From positions 7,214 to 71,213 of the forward strand of contig JAIVGO010000095.1 in assembly GCA_020201525.1 (NCBI GenBank): DNA of 64,000 bases, read 5' to 3'. This DNA is from Actinomycetota bacterium. Its GTDB lineage: Bacteria > Actinomycetota > AC-67. Shown piece after piece: positions 9,372 through 17,639 of the stretch (position 1 is its first letter; the number at the start of each line of letters is the position of its first letter). Made by a program: the position numbers and the translations under genes. The notes under the pieces are model-generated. The model saw only the letters and a list, made by a program, of their open reading frames with translations. It searched no databases and was not told where the DNA came from.

Positions 9372-11090
9372 TCACCGCAACACGATCAAGGAGTCGGACT
9401 GGGCGATGTACAGCGAGTTGCGCGCGACGGCAAGACCCTGGCTCGATGCGCTGGTAGCGGCGGCGCCGACATCTTGCGACAGGATTCGCTTCCCGAGCAG
9501 CAAGCCATTGGACGCATTGACCATCGTGAGATTGCCTTGAGTGTCGAGCGCATACACAACGCCGTTCGCCGTCGTGACCGACTCAAAGTGGTCCGGGTCG
9601 GGATCCGGTAGCACCCAGCGGTAGCGTCCTTGATCGGCGGACAGCCCGACGAGCTGGCCGGGTTGCGTCGCGAACGTGTAAACCTGGTTCGCAATGCCCA
9701 ACGCCGCGTCCACCGCCGGCGAGGATGCATTGCACGCGGCGCACGGCGAGCCGACGAGCGCCGTCCACGCCTTCGACATGTCGTCCGCATTTACCGCGTG
9801 ATAGACGCCGGACTTCTGCAGATCGCCGACGAGGGTTCGCGTCTCGAACGTGGTTCCGTTCCCCACGCGAACCTTGAAGAGGCTCGGCGATGCGCCGAAG
9901 TCGAGGTCGAGCTGCAAGCACGGCACGCTCCAGATCACGACCACCTTGTCGCCGAGGTTGTCGCACGCCGGCTGCTGATCGAGGCCGGGGAAATACTGGT
10001 CGTTGTTTCCCTTGTAGGAACCGACGATCTTGCCCCAGCTCGCACGCGACGGATTGCCGTCGATCTTCAGCAGCGCGTTCGCATATCGTGGCTCGCCGCC
10101 GTTCGACTGGCTCTTCTTGTTCGCCGGGTTGCCGCCGCACGCATACAGGTAGTTCGTGTCGGGATCGAAGGCCGCCGTGCACCAGACCGACGCGCCTCGG
10201 TATCCCGCGGCCATTTCCGCGTCGCTGATTGTGTACTCGTGGACGAGTCGAGTGCCGCCCGTCGCTCCGGGCGCTGCGTTAAAGCACACCGACGGTAACG
10301 TGAACGTGGCGGGATCGCATGTCGGTGAAGCGTCCAGGATCGCGTAACCACCGCGCGCCGGAAGAGCCGTTCCCGGGTCCGGGATTGTGCCCTCGGACCC
10401 GTACCAGCCTTGGAAGATCTTGCCGTTGAAGTAGGTCGGGCTCGCGCCGATGCCGGAATCTGTCTGGCCGGCATCCACCACGGACTCCCACATCTCGGCG
10501 CCGGTGTTCTCGTCGAGCGCGGCGACGTAGGGTCCGGTCGCCGGTGCCGTCATGATTCCGTGCTCGTCGTACTTCGCCGGAGCACCCGGGCGCGTCACGC
10601 CGACGTACACGACGCCGTTCTCCACGGTCGGCGATCCGGTGATGATGTTGCTTCGAAGCGACAATGCGGCTCCTTGCAGCTGCGTCGCCCACACGACGCG
10701 CTGCTTGCCGGTACTCGCGCCGGTCGCCGGATTGGTGTCGGCGTTCAGCGCCATGACCCATCCCGTCGTCGTCGCGAGGAACACGCAGCCGTCGGCGACG
10801 ACTGGGGTGTTGTCGAAGCCGCCTCCGTTCAGAATCGGAGTTCCGTTCGACCGCTCGGCGTTGCCGGTGCGGAACACCCACGCCTTGCCGATATTGCCCG
10901 CCGTCGATGCGTTGATCTGGTGTTCGTCGGGCTGGAAGCGGTCCCCGGACAGCGAGCCGCCGGCGGAGCGCCACTCCCCTCCCTGGGATGACGCGTCCGC
11001 GCAGCCGGGTACAGTCACCGCCGCATGAGCCGGCAGAAGTGCCGCGAGCATGAGAATGCCTATCGCCAAGCACGCCAAGCGAGCCTTCAT
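9372..11090 (-). CDS. PQQ-like beta-propeller protein (quinoprotein dehydrogenase-like), secreted, paralog 2
   Basis: Track ORF 9372..11159(-). Start placed at MKARLACLAIGILMLAALLPAHA (signal peptide, GGGAGGAG RBS). GGEWRSAGGSLSGDRFQP...NIGKAWVF motif. Paralog of 7694..9367. Confidence 0.65.
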   Translation of the reverse strand: MKARLACLAIGILMLAALLPAHAAVTVPGCADASSQGGEWRSAGGSLSGDRFQPDEHQINASTAGNIGKAWVFRTGNAERSNGTPILNGGGFDNTPVVADGCVFLATTTGWVMALNADTNPATGASTGKQRVVWATQLQGAALSLRSNIITGSPTVENGVVYVGVTRPGAPAKYDEHGIMTAPATGPYVAALDENTGAEMWESVVDAGQTDSGIGASPTYFNGKIFQGWYGSEGTIPDPGTALPARGGYAILDASPTCDPATFTLPSVCFNAAPGATGGTRLVHEYTISDAEMAAGYRGASVWCTAAFDPDTNYLYACGGNPANKKSQSNGGEPRYANALLKIDGNPSRASWGKIVGSYKGNNDQYFPGLDQQPACDNLGDKVVVIWSVPCLQLDLDFGASPSLFKVRVGNGTTFETRTLVGDLQKSGVYHAVNADDMSKAWTALVGSPCAACNASSPAVDAALGIANQVYTFATQPGQLVGLSADQGRYRWVLPDPDPDHFESVTTANGVVYALDTQGNLTMVNASNGLLLGKRILSQDVGAAATSASSQGLAVARNSLYIAQSDSLIVLR

Positions 11091-11243
11091 GGGTGCTCCT
11101 CCCCTGAGCCGAGGGCGCCCGCTTCCCCCGAAAACCGGCGCGCCTCCGGACAATTCCAACCAAGTGGTCGGCTTTGTTCGCCGCGGGGCGGCTCATCTCC
11201 TGCCCCATCCGTCCGGTTTACCCCACATCAGGTGGCGCAAAGC

Positions 11244-11277
11244 AAGGACGGCGCCACGTCAGGCGGGCGCCGTCCTT
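11244..11277 (-). terminator. GC-rich hairpin (AAGGACGGCGCC-N10-GGCGCCGTCCTT) downstream of the methyltransferase gene
   Basis: Perfect 12-bp inverted repeat with a 10-nt loop, between the methyltransferase stop (11292) and the PQQ-propeller start. No U-tract, as is common in high-GC genomes. Confidence 0.35.
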
Positions 11278-11291
11278 CGCGGTGCGTGCTT

Positions 11292-12392
11292 CTATGAGTG
11301 CAGGCGGTAGAAGCGCAGGCCGGGGTGCTCGATCGGCAACACCTCGACGCTCTTGAAGCCGGCCTTGGTCGCGTAGTCGCGGAAGGTCCGCTCCCGGATC
11401 ACCGCTCCCGTGCCGGCCGACGGCGCGTCGGCAAGGCCCATCGGCAAGCACCACACCAAGCTGGCGCCGTACAGGAATCGCTCCATCTCATCCGCCGGAG
11501 CCGTAAAGCTGTCGGCCGTCTTCTCGTCGGCGATGATGACCGCACCACCGGGAGCGACGAGGCGCTTCACCGTCTGGAGGAACTCGACGGGGCGGCCGAG
11601 ATCGTGAACGGCCTCGAAGACCGTGACGACGTCGTACGTTCCGGTCAGCGAGGAATCCGACGCGTCGGCGACGTGGAACTCGACCCGGTCCGCCACGCCT
11701 TCCTCGGCGGCATTCTTGCGAGCGAGTGTCACCGAATACTCGTCGAGGTCGTACCCGTCGATTTGAACTTTCGGATAGCCCTTCGCAATTGCGATCGTCG
11801 GCCATCCGCCGCCGGAGGCGAGGTCCGCGATCCTCGCCGGTGGATCCGCTTGCAGCCGGTCGTGTACGTCGGGAATTTGCGGCAGCCACTCCTGCGCGAG
11901 CTGGCTCACATACCCAGGCTTGTAAAAGCCGGCTTGGACGTCGACGGCCTCCGGACCGTACTCCGCATACGGAACGCCTCTCCCGGTCCGAAACCCTTCG
12001 ACGAGGGGATCGACGACCCGGCCGACGACCGCGACCATCTGCGGGATGGGGCCGATGAATGCCGGAAACGTGCTATCGAGCAACGCGAGGGCGTGCTCCG
12101 CCGGCAACGTATACCGGCGCGCGTCCCCAGGAGCGGACTGGTCGTCCACCGTCAGGATCGCGGCGGCCGCTTGCTGCTCGAGCCACTCACGTGTGTACCG
12201 CTCGTCGATGGATGCTTCCTTCGCCAGCTCCGCCGCGGTCATGCCGCCTTTCTCCTGCAACGCCTCGTACAGACCGAGCTTCTGTCCGAAATACATCGTG
12301 AAGAGCTCGGTCGCGCCGAGACCCGCCATGAAGACGCGTCCTGCGAACTCCTCGATCTTCGCCTCGTCCAGCTGCATCTCTTCTGCCATGGC
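11292..12392 (-). CDS. Class I SAM-dependent O-methyltransferase (small-molecule OMT-like, with N-terminal winged-helix/dimerisation region)
   Basis: Track ORF 11292..12470(-). Start at MAEEMQLDEAKIEEFAG. Motif I DLASGGGWPTIAIAKGYP and the overall layout resemble plant/actinomycete-type O-methyltransferases. Confidence 0.6.
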   Translation of the reverse strand, partial: AMAEEMQLDEAKIEEFAGRVFMAGLGATELFTMYFGQKLGLYEALQEKGGMTAAELAKEASIDERYTREWLEQQAAAAILTVDDQSAPGDARRYTLPAEHALALLDSTFPAFIGPIPQMVAVVGRVVDPLVEGFRTGRGVPYAEYGPEAVDVQAGFYKPGYVSQLAQEWLPQIPDVHDRLQADPPARIADLASGGGWPTIAIAKGYPKVQIDGYDLDEYSVTLARKNAAEEGVADRVEFHVADASDSSLTGTYDVVTVFEAVHDLGRPVEFLQTVKRLVAPGGAVIIADEKTADSFTAPADEMERFLYGASLVWCLPMGLADAPSAGTGAVIRERTFRDYATKAGFKSVEVLPIEHPGLRFYRLHS

Positions 12393-12508
12393 TGCTCCTC
12401 CTTCGTCGGTGACATCGGTACGGCGCCAGGAACGGCAACGGTGCGCCAGGCTGAATCTGGCAGTAGACAAAGCCCCCGCCGTAGCGGGGGCCTTGTCGTG
12501 ACACCGCC

Positions 12509-12760
12509 TTAGATCTGGATCGTTTCGACTTGGATCGCCCGCGAGTGCTCACGCTCTTCGGGCCACAGGTATCCCAAGGCCTCTTCCGCGCTCGACGCCT
12601 CGACCGGGGTCCAGCTCGCGTGCTCCCCGAACGGACACGGGCAGTAGTACGTCGCGCCTTTGATCGCCGGGTTCAGCTTGTCCTTGACCTCTTCGTATGC
12701 CTTGAACCCCGCTTCGCACTCCTCCGGCCGGTGACGGTTGATGATCATGAACATTGCCAT
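12509..12760 (-). CDS. Small hypothetical protein with CPCP motif
   Basis: Track ORF 12509..12802(-). Start at MAMFMIINRH with a GGGAGGAAGG RBS. Contains YYCPCPFGEH. Lies between the STAND ATPase gene and the O-methyltransferase on the same strand. Confidence 0.4.
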   Translation of the reverse strand: MAMFMIINRHRPEECEAGFKAYEEVKDKLNPAIKGATYYCPCPFGEHASWTPVEASSAEEALGYLWPEEREHSRAIQVETIQI

Positions 12761-12831
12761 GACCTTCCTCCCTTTCTTTCGATCGGCTTCCCTGCCCCGC
12801 ATGCGCCAGATTGGGCCTGGCGACGCCAGAA

Positions 12832-15800
12832 CTAAAGAATCCAGAGGACCGGAGATTCGGGCGCGTAGCTACAGAAAGTTCCGGTCCGGATTGCCGAGCG
12901 GAGATGTCGCGCGAGCGCCGGATGCGCAGAGTCGACCCGCTTCAACGTGTCGCGGATGCGTTCGGTCACTGCTTTGCGCGCACGTTCGCCGGGGTCTCCC
13001 GTTGCACGAGCGCGTCCGCCGAGTCCGTACGCCAATGAAAGCTCGTGCGTCAATGCGTCAAGCTCTTCGCGGGCGCGCGCCGACCGGCCGGCGTCGTTGA
13101 AGGCTTCGGCTTCGTCGATCTCTTCCTGCAAATCGCCAATGCGAGCGCGATATGCCGCTCGTGCCTGCTCGTCGAGCACGGGGCCGGTCCCTCCGGGCCG
13201 TCTTGCTTCGAGTTCGCCGTGGTCCACGCCCGCCCGCACCGCGCCGAACGCTCCGTCCGATGACGCAACGAGGTCACCCGCGTGAATCTCCTTGTGCGGT
13301 GAGCCGAGCAGCAGGGCGATGTCGCGCAAACCCTTCGAATCCTTGAGGCGCACGGTCTCACCGGCGTAGCCGAGCGTCCAAAACTCGCCGTCGCGCACGA
13401 ACGTGTTTGGCTCGGCGCTCCGCACGTTCGGAAGGAGCGCTTCCGCGGCTTTCGCGTGCCACGTCAGACCGAGCGACCGGTACGTTTCGACGGCGTCGGT
13501 GAGCAACGCCTCGGCAGTATCGACATCGCTCGCGTCTCCGCGCGACAAGAGGACCGTTGCTCGGTCACGCTTTGTGTGCGCCGTCAAAACCGCGGCACCG
13601 GCGTCGCTGTGACGCTTCATCGCGTGATCAAAGTGCTTCGCAGCATCGTCCCAGCGGTGCAACAAGCCCGCAAGCACGCCGAGGTGCCGGGCCGCCGATC
13701 CGAAAAAGGCCGCCGCGATCCCGTCCACGGCCATGAGGTCTTCGTACGGCCGCAACTGCGCATACAACGACGCTGCGGTGTCTCCACTTTCGCCGACGAG
13801 CGCGCATGCCTCCGCGAGGTAGATCATCGACGACAACCATTCGGCATCTTTCGGGAGCTCGGAAAAATCGCTCGCGGCAAGCCGCTGCAGCTCGGCGCGC
13901 GCGTTCACGGCATCTCCGCTCAGCGCGCGCAGCCACGTCGTAGGAGCACTTAGTGACGGCCAGTTGACGATATCGGGAAGCTCGCTCAACATCTCGTCCC
14001 ACAAGCGCTGCGCGTCTTCCGGATGATCTGCCGTCGCCGCTATGGACAGCCGCAAGGTGCCGATAAGCAGTTGCGCATTGTGACTGTGTGCGCGCGCGCC
14101 GACGGCTTCTGCGTCGGTGGCATGGCGTCGCGCCTCGTCAATGTGCCCGGCCATCAAAGCGCGCATGCCGCGGAACAACGGGACATACCACTGATACAGC
14201 GGCTGACGAAGATTTTCCGCCGAGCGTTCATACAGGTCCACTTCGGCGTCGAAAGCGCCGACGTCGCCGAGCTCGAGCAGAGCTTCGATGCGGTGCCGGC
14301 GTCCCAACAGAAGCATCTCCGGGTCGCACAAGCAGATCGGACACGACACGATGGTGCATTCACCGTGGATTGACGTGGGCGAGTCGGTGAGCGAGATCAT
14401 CTCCGTCGCAGCTTGGAGCCGAGCCTCGACGTAGTCGGGGCCCGACATGGCATCACAGAAGCTGCCCAAAGCGTGCGCGAGCGCAGCCGAGTCACCGACG
14501 CGCCGCGCCATTTCGACGGCTTGCGTGCTCAAGGAAACACGAGCGTCGAGCGGCGCCCGGAAAGACGTCGCAACCGAGAGTCGTGCGAGAAGCCACGCGC
14601 GCAGCGCCGAATCCGCGGCCGGCAAGGCGCCGAGAGCGGCTTCCAGCAAAGCGATCTGCCGGTCGTCGAACATCGCGACCTCGAAACCGCCCAGGCCCGT
14701 CCCCAATCCGAGCGCGGCGTGTGCGAGCTCTTCAGGCCGGTTGCGGCGCACCGCCAGCTCCACGACGTCCTCATAGGTCTTTCTTGCTTGTGGTAAGTCG
14801 CCGGCCTTCGTCAATGCATCGGCAAGGCTCAGCATGACCGGACCCAGATCGTCGTCACCCGTCGCCGACATTCCGGTGACGGCGCGCGCGAAATGCTGTG
14901 CAGCTTCGTCGTACGCGAGGAGCTTCAGGGCGCGCGCGCCGGCGCGAACGGAATACGTCACGGCTTTTTTCCCGCCGGTATCTTCGGCGACGGCATTGAA
15001 GAAGTGGTGAGCGAGCGCGGTAAGGTGCGGATCGAGGTTCGACTCGAACATCTTTTCGATCGCTTCGCCCGCCAGCCGGTGCAACGCGGCGCGATGAGAC
15101 GTGCCGAGGCCCTCATACAACGCTTCCCGCACCAGGGCGTGTGCGAACTGATACCTGCGCGGCGAATCGGGAAGCGGCGACACGAGTCGCGCTTGGGTCG
15201 CCTCATCGAGCAGCTCGAGAGCGCGATCTCGATCGACGTCCCTCACGCGCGCGACCAAGTCCACGTCGAAGGATCCTCCGAGCACCGCCGCCACACCGAG
15301 GAGCTCGTTCGCGTGTTGCGACAGCCGCGCGAAGCGACGTTCGAGCACCTCTTTCACCCCTTGCGGAACCGTGAGCCCGGCGGTTGATCCCATCTGCTTC
15401 TGGGACTGGAGAAGCCGGGAAACTTCCTTGACGAAAAACGGATTACCGGCCGTTCGTTCGACAACGACTGCCGTCAGCTTCTCCTCGGGCACGGCCCCCG
15501 CGGTTTCGGTCATGAGCTTGGTCACTTCGTTCGCATCGAGGCCCGTGAGTGCGATGCGCTCTCTCGTCAGATCCGCAAGCATGCCGGTCAGGTCGTGAGC
15601 GGGCCCGACGTCGACGTCGCGATATGTGCCGAGCACGAAGACATGCGCCGTGCGCAACTCCGCGGATAGAAACCGAAGGAGAAGGAGCGACGAGCGGTCG
15701 GCCCAGTGAAGGTCGTCGAGCACGAGCATCAGCGGACGTTTCGCGCCGGCGACCCGAAGGACGGTGGAAACCGCGTCGAACATCCGGAAACGCGCTTGCT

Positions 15801-16188
15801 CCGGATCCGACGGAGGCTCGGCCGCGACTACCGGCATCTGCATGCGAAGGTCCGGCACCATCATCGCGACGTCGCTCAGGGCGACGCCGAGGTCTCGCGC
15901 GAGGGTGAAGCCGCGATCGGCCAGAAGCGCGCGAATGATTTGAATCCACGGCCAAAATGCCGGGGCGCCCTCGCCTTCCCAGCACGCTCCCCACAGCACC
16001 TGCGCGCCCCGATCCGACGCGATACGTCCGCATTCCTCGGCGAGCCTGCTCTTCCCTATTCCCGCTTCACCCGACAGCAGCACGAGGCGGCCGCGTCCGC
16101 CGAAGGCATCGTCGAGCCGTGACGAGAGCTCGGCGAGGTCACGTTCGCGGCCGACGAAGTCGCTGGGCGCCTGAGCCGACTGGTCCAT
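12832..16188 (-). CDS. STAND-class P-loop ATPase (AAA_16/NB-ARC-like) with long TPR-like helical region; putative MalT/AfsR-like regulator, C-terminal domain unassigned
   Basis: N-terminus FVGRERDLAELSSRLDDAFGGRGRLVLLSGEAGIGKSRLAEE (Walker A) then LMLVLDDLHWAD (Walker B). About 600 aa of helical repeats follow. No LuxR or SARP HTH was recognised. The C-terminal approximately 200 aa are conserved-looking but unassigned. Confidence 0.65.
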   Translation of the reverse strand: MDQSAQAPSDFVGRERDLAELSSRLDDAFGGRGRLVLLSGEAGIGKSRLAEECGRIASDRGAQVLWGACWEGEGAPAFWPWIQIIRALLADRGFTLARDLGVALSDVAMMVPDLRMQMPVVAAEPPSDPEQARFRMFDAVSTVLRVAGAKRPLMLVLDDLHWADRSSLLLLRFLSAELRTAHVFVLGTYRDVDVGPAHDLTGMLADLTRERIALTGLDANEVTKLMTETAGAVPEEKLTAVVVERTAGNPFFVKEVSRLLQSQKQMGSTAGLTVPQGVKEVLERRFARLSQHANELLGVAAVLGGSFDVDLVARVRDVDRDRALELLDEATQARLVSPLPDSPRRYQFAHALVREALYEGLGTSHRAALHRLAGEAIEKMFESNLDPHLTALAHHFFNAVAEDTGGKKAVTYSVRAGARALKLLAYDEAAQHFARAVTGMSATGDDDLGPVMLSLADALTKAGDLPQARKTYEDVVELAVRRNRPEELAHAALGLGTGLGGFEVAMFDDRQIALLEAALGALPAADSALRAWLLARLSVATSFRAPLDARVSLSTQAVEMARRVGDSAALAHALGSFCDAMSGPDYVEARLQAATEMISLTDSPTSIHGECTIVSCPICLCDPEMLLLGRRHRIEALLELGDVGAFDAEVDLYERSAENLRQPLYQWYVPLFRGMRALMAGHIDEARRHATDAEAVGARAHSHNAQLLIGTLRLSIAATADHPEDAQRLWDEMLSELPDIVNWPSLSAPTTWLRALSGDAVNARAELQRLAASDFSELPKDAEWLSSMIYLAEACALVGESGDTAASLYAQLRPYEDLMAVDGIAAAFFGSAARHLGVLAGLLHRWDDAAKHFDHAMKRHSDAGAAVLTAHTKRDRATVLLSRGDASDVDTAEALLTDAVETYRSLGLTWHAKAAEALLPNVRSAEPNTFVRDGEFWTLGYAGETVRLKDSKGLRDIALLLGSPHKEIHAGDLVASSDGAFGAVRAGVDHGELEARRPGGTGPVLDEQARAAYRARIGDLQEEIDEAEAFNDAGRSARAREELDALTHELSLAYGLGGRARATGDPGERARKAVTERIRDTLKRVDSAHPALARHLRSAIRTGTFCSYAPESPVLWIL

Positions 16189-16256
16189 GATCCCCCGGTT
16201 CCTTTCGGGCTACCGGCTCAGTCTATGCGACGAGGCCCGTTACATAGCCCCAACAG

Positions 16257-16288
16257 CAGGATGCCGCCCCCGAGGGAGCGGCATCCTG
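16257..16288 (-). terminator. GC-rich hairpin (CAGGATGCCGC-N10-GCGGCATCCTG) downstream of the small secreted-protein gene
   Basis: Perfect 11-bp stem with a 10-nt loop, located between the stop of 16305..16583(-) and the start of the STAND gene. Confidence 0.35.
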
Positions 16289-16304
16289 GTGTGGGTTGGT
16301 TTCG

Positions 16305-16583
16305 CTAGCCGGAAAAACAGCCCGGGGTGTGGTCCTCGTTCGCCGAGCCGTCGTCGTTGTAGGGGCCGCCGGAGTCGCTGGCGTCGATGCAGCTGTCGGT
16401 GGAATTGACGCCGACGTAGCCTCCGAAGACCGCCGGATTCCCGGAGTTTCCGTCCAGGACGACGGCGTAGCCGCCGTCGTTGCCGACGGTTCCCACCGGT
16501 GTGGTGACGTGCTCCGCGAATGCGGATCCTGCTGCCAAGACGAATGTTGCCGCGGCGACAAGCGCCATCAGCTTCCTCTTCAT
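16305..16583 (-). CDS. Small secreted Gly/Asp-rich hypothetical protein
   Basis: MKRKLMALVAAATFVLAAGSAFA signal peptide. GAGGGAGG RBS 4 nt upstream of the ATG. 92 aa. Confidence 0.5.
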   Translation of the reverse strand: MKRKLMALVAAATFVLAAGSAFAEHVTTPVGTVGNDGGYAVVLDGNSGNPAVFGGYVGVNSTDSCIDASDSGGPYNDDGSANEDHTPGCFSG

Positions 16584-16712
16584 CGTGCCTCCCTCGTCCG
16601 AGTGGGGACCTTAAGGCGCTTATACGACCAAAACACGCAAAGGCCCTCTTCGAGAGAAGGAAGCGAAAGGTGGCAGAAACGGAAGAAACGGGCGATCGAG
16701 CGACTTGCGTTG

Positions 16713-17132
16713 CTAATGGGTGAGATCGACGAGGCGTTCGGCGATGGCCTCGAGCATCGAGAGCGCAAATTTCGGGTCCTGCTCGAGCAGCTTGCGGAAG
16801 TCGTAACGGGCGATGGCCAGGCAGCGCACGTCGGTCTTGGCGCGAACGCGGGCCGTGCGTACCGCGCTCGGCGTCAGCAATGCCAGCTCGCCGAAAAACG
16901 ACCCGGGACCCAGCTCGATCTTCACGCCGGAGCGCTCGACCACAACGGTCCCCTCTTCGATGACGAAGAGGCCGGATCCCTCCATCTGCGGCTGCACCAT
17001 GACTTGCCCGGCGGGGACTTCTACCTCGTTTGCGATCTTGAGGATCCGCTGCAGGGATCGCGGCGGCAGCCCGGCAAGGAGATGAATCTCTCGCAGCTTG
17101 TCGCAGCGCTCCGCGACGGTGGGTTTGGCCAT
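16713..17132 (-). CDS. Stand-alone cyclic nucleotide-binding (cNMP/CAP effector) domain protein
   Basis: GSFFGELALL...RTARVRA core of a cNMP-binding domain. 139 aa with no HTH or other output domain. Confidence 0.7.
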   Translation of the reverse strand: MAKPTVAERCDKLREIHLLAGLPPRSLQRILKIANEVEVPAGQVMVQPQMEGSGLFVIEEGTVVVERSGVKIELGPGSFFGELALLTPSAVRTARVRAKTDVRCLAIARYDFRKLLEQDPKFALSMLEAIAERLVDLTH

Positions 17133-17216
17133 GAGGCTGCTCTTATATCACGCGTTCGGACCCGAAAGCCCAACGCCTGGTGATAATCTCGGCCGATATC
17201 GCGACGGGAGCGTTCC

Positions 17217-17639
17217 ATGCCGCAGACAGAAGAGATCGTGGACACACTGGCACAACTGACGTTGTTCGGAGACCTTTCGAAACCCCAACTCGAAGAAGTC
17301 GCCCACACGTTCGAAGAAGAGTCGTTCGGCGAAGGTCAGCGCATCCTTCGCCAAGGCTTTACCGGTGGCGGCTTCTACGTCATCCTCGAAGGCGAGGCAT
17401 CCGTGCGGATCGATGGTCAAGAAATCAACAAGATCTCGCGTGGGGACTTCTTCGGCGAGATCTCGATCATTCTCGGTGAACCGCCGTCGGCGGACGTCGT
17501 CGCTTTGGGACCGCTGCGGTGTCTCGTGCTGGCCGGACCCGACGTCAGAGACTTCCTGATCTCGCATCCGACGGCGATGTTCCGGATGTTGCAAACCGAA
17601 GCACGGCGCTTGCGGAATTCGAACCTGTGGCGAAGCTAG
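17217..17639 (+). CDS. Stand-alone cyclic nucleotide-binding domain protein
   Basis: GDFFGEISIIL...ADVVAL core of a cNMP-binding domain. 140 aa. Divergent from 16713..17132, and its 3' end overlaps the start of the flavoprotein gene. Confidence 0.7.
   Translation: MPQTEEIVDTLAQLTLFGDLSKPQLEEVAHTFEEESFGEGQRILRQGFTGGGFYVILEGEASVRIDGQEINKISRGDFFGEISIILGEPPSADVVALGPLRCLVLAGPDVRDFLISHPTAMFRMLQTEARRLRNSNLWRS

Noticed and set aside
16296-17183. 295-aa plus-strand ORF spanning the small secreted-protein gene and the cNMP gene
   Set aside because: Antisense to two well-supported genes (signal peptide with strong RBS; cNMP-binding motifs). No motifs of its own.
17132-17217. CRP/FNR-type operator (TGTGA-N6-TCACA) between the cNMP genes
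   Set aside because: The TCAC/GTGA elements present are about 27 nt apart and in the wrong relative orientation. Both cNMP proteins lack a DNA-binding HTH, so a classical CRP site is not expected.
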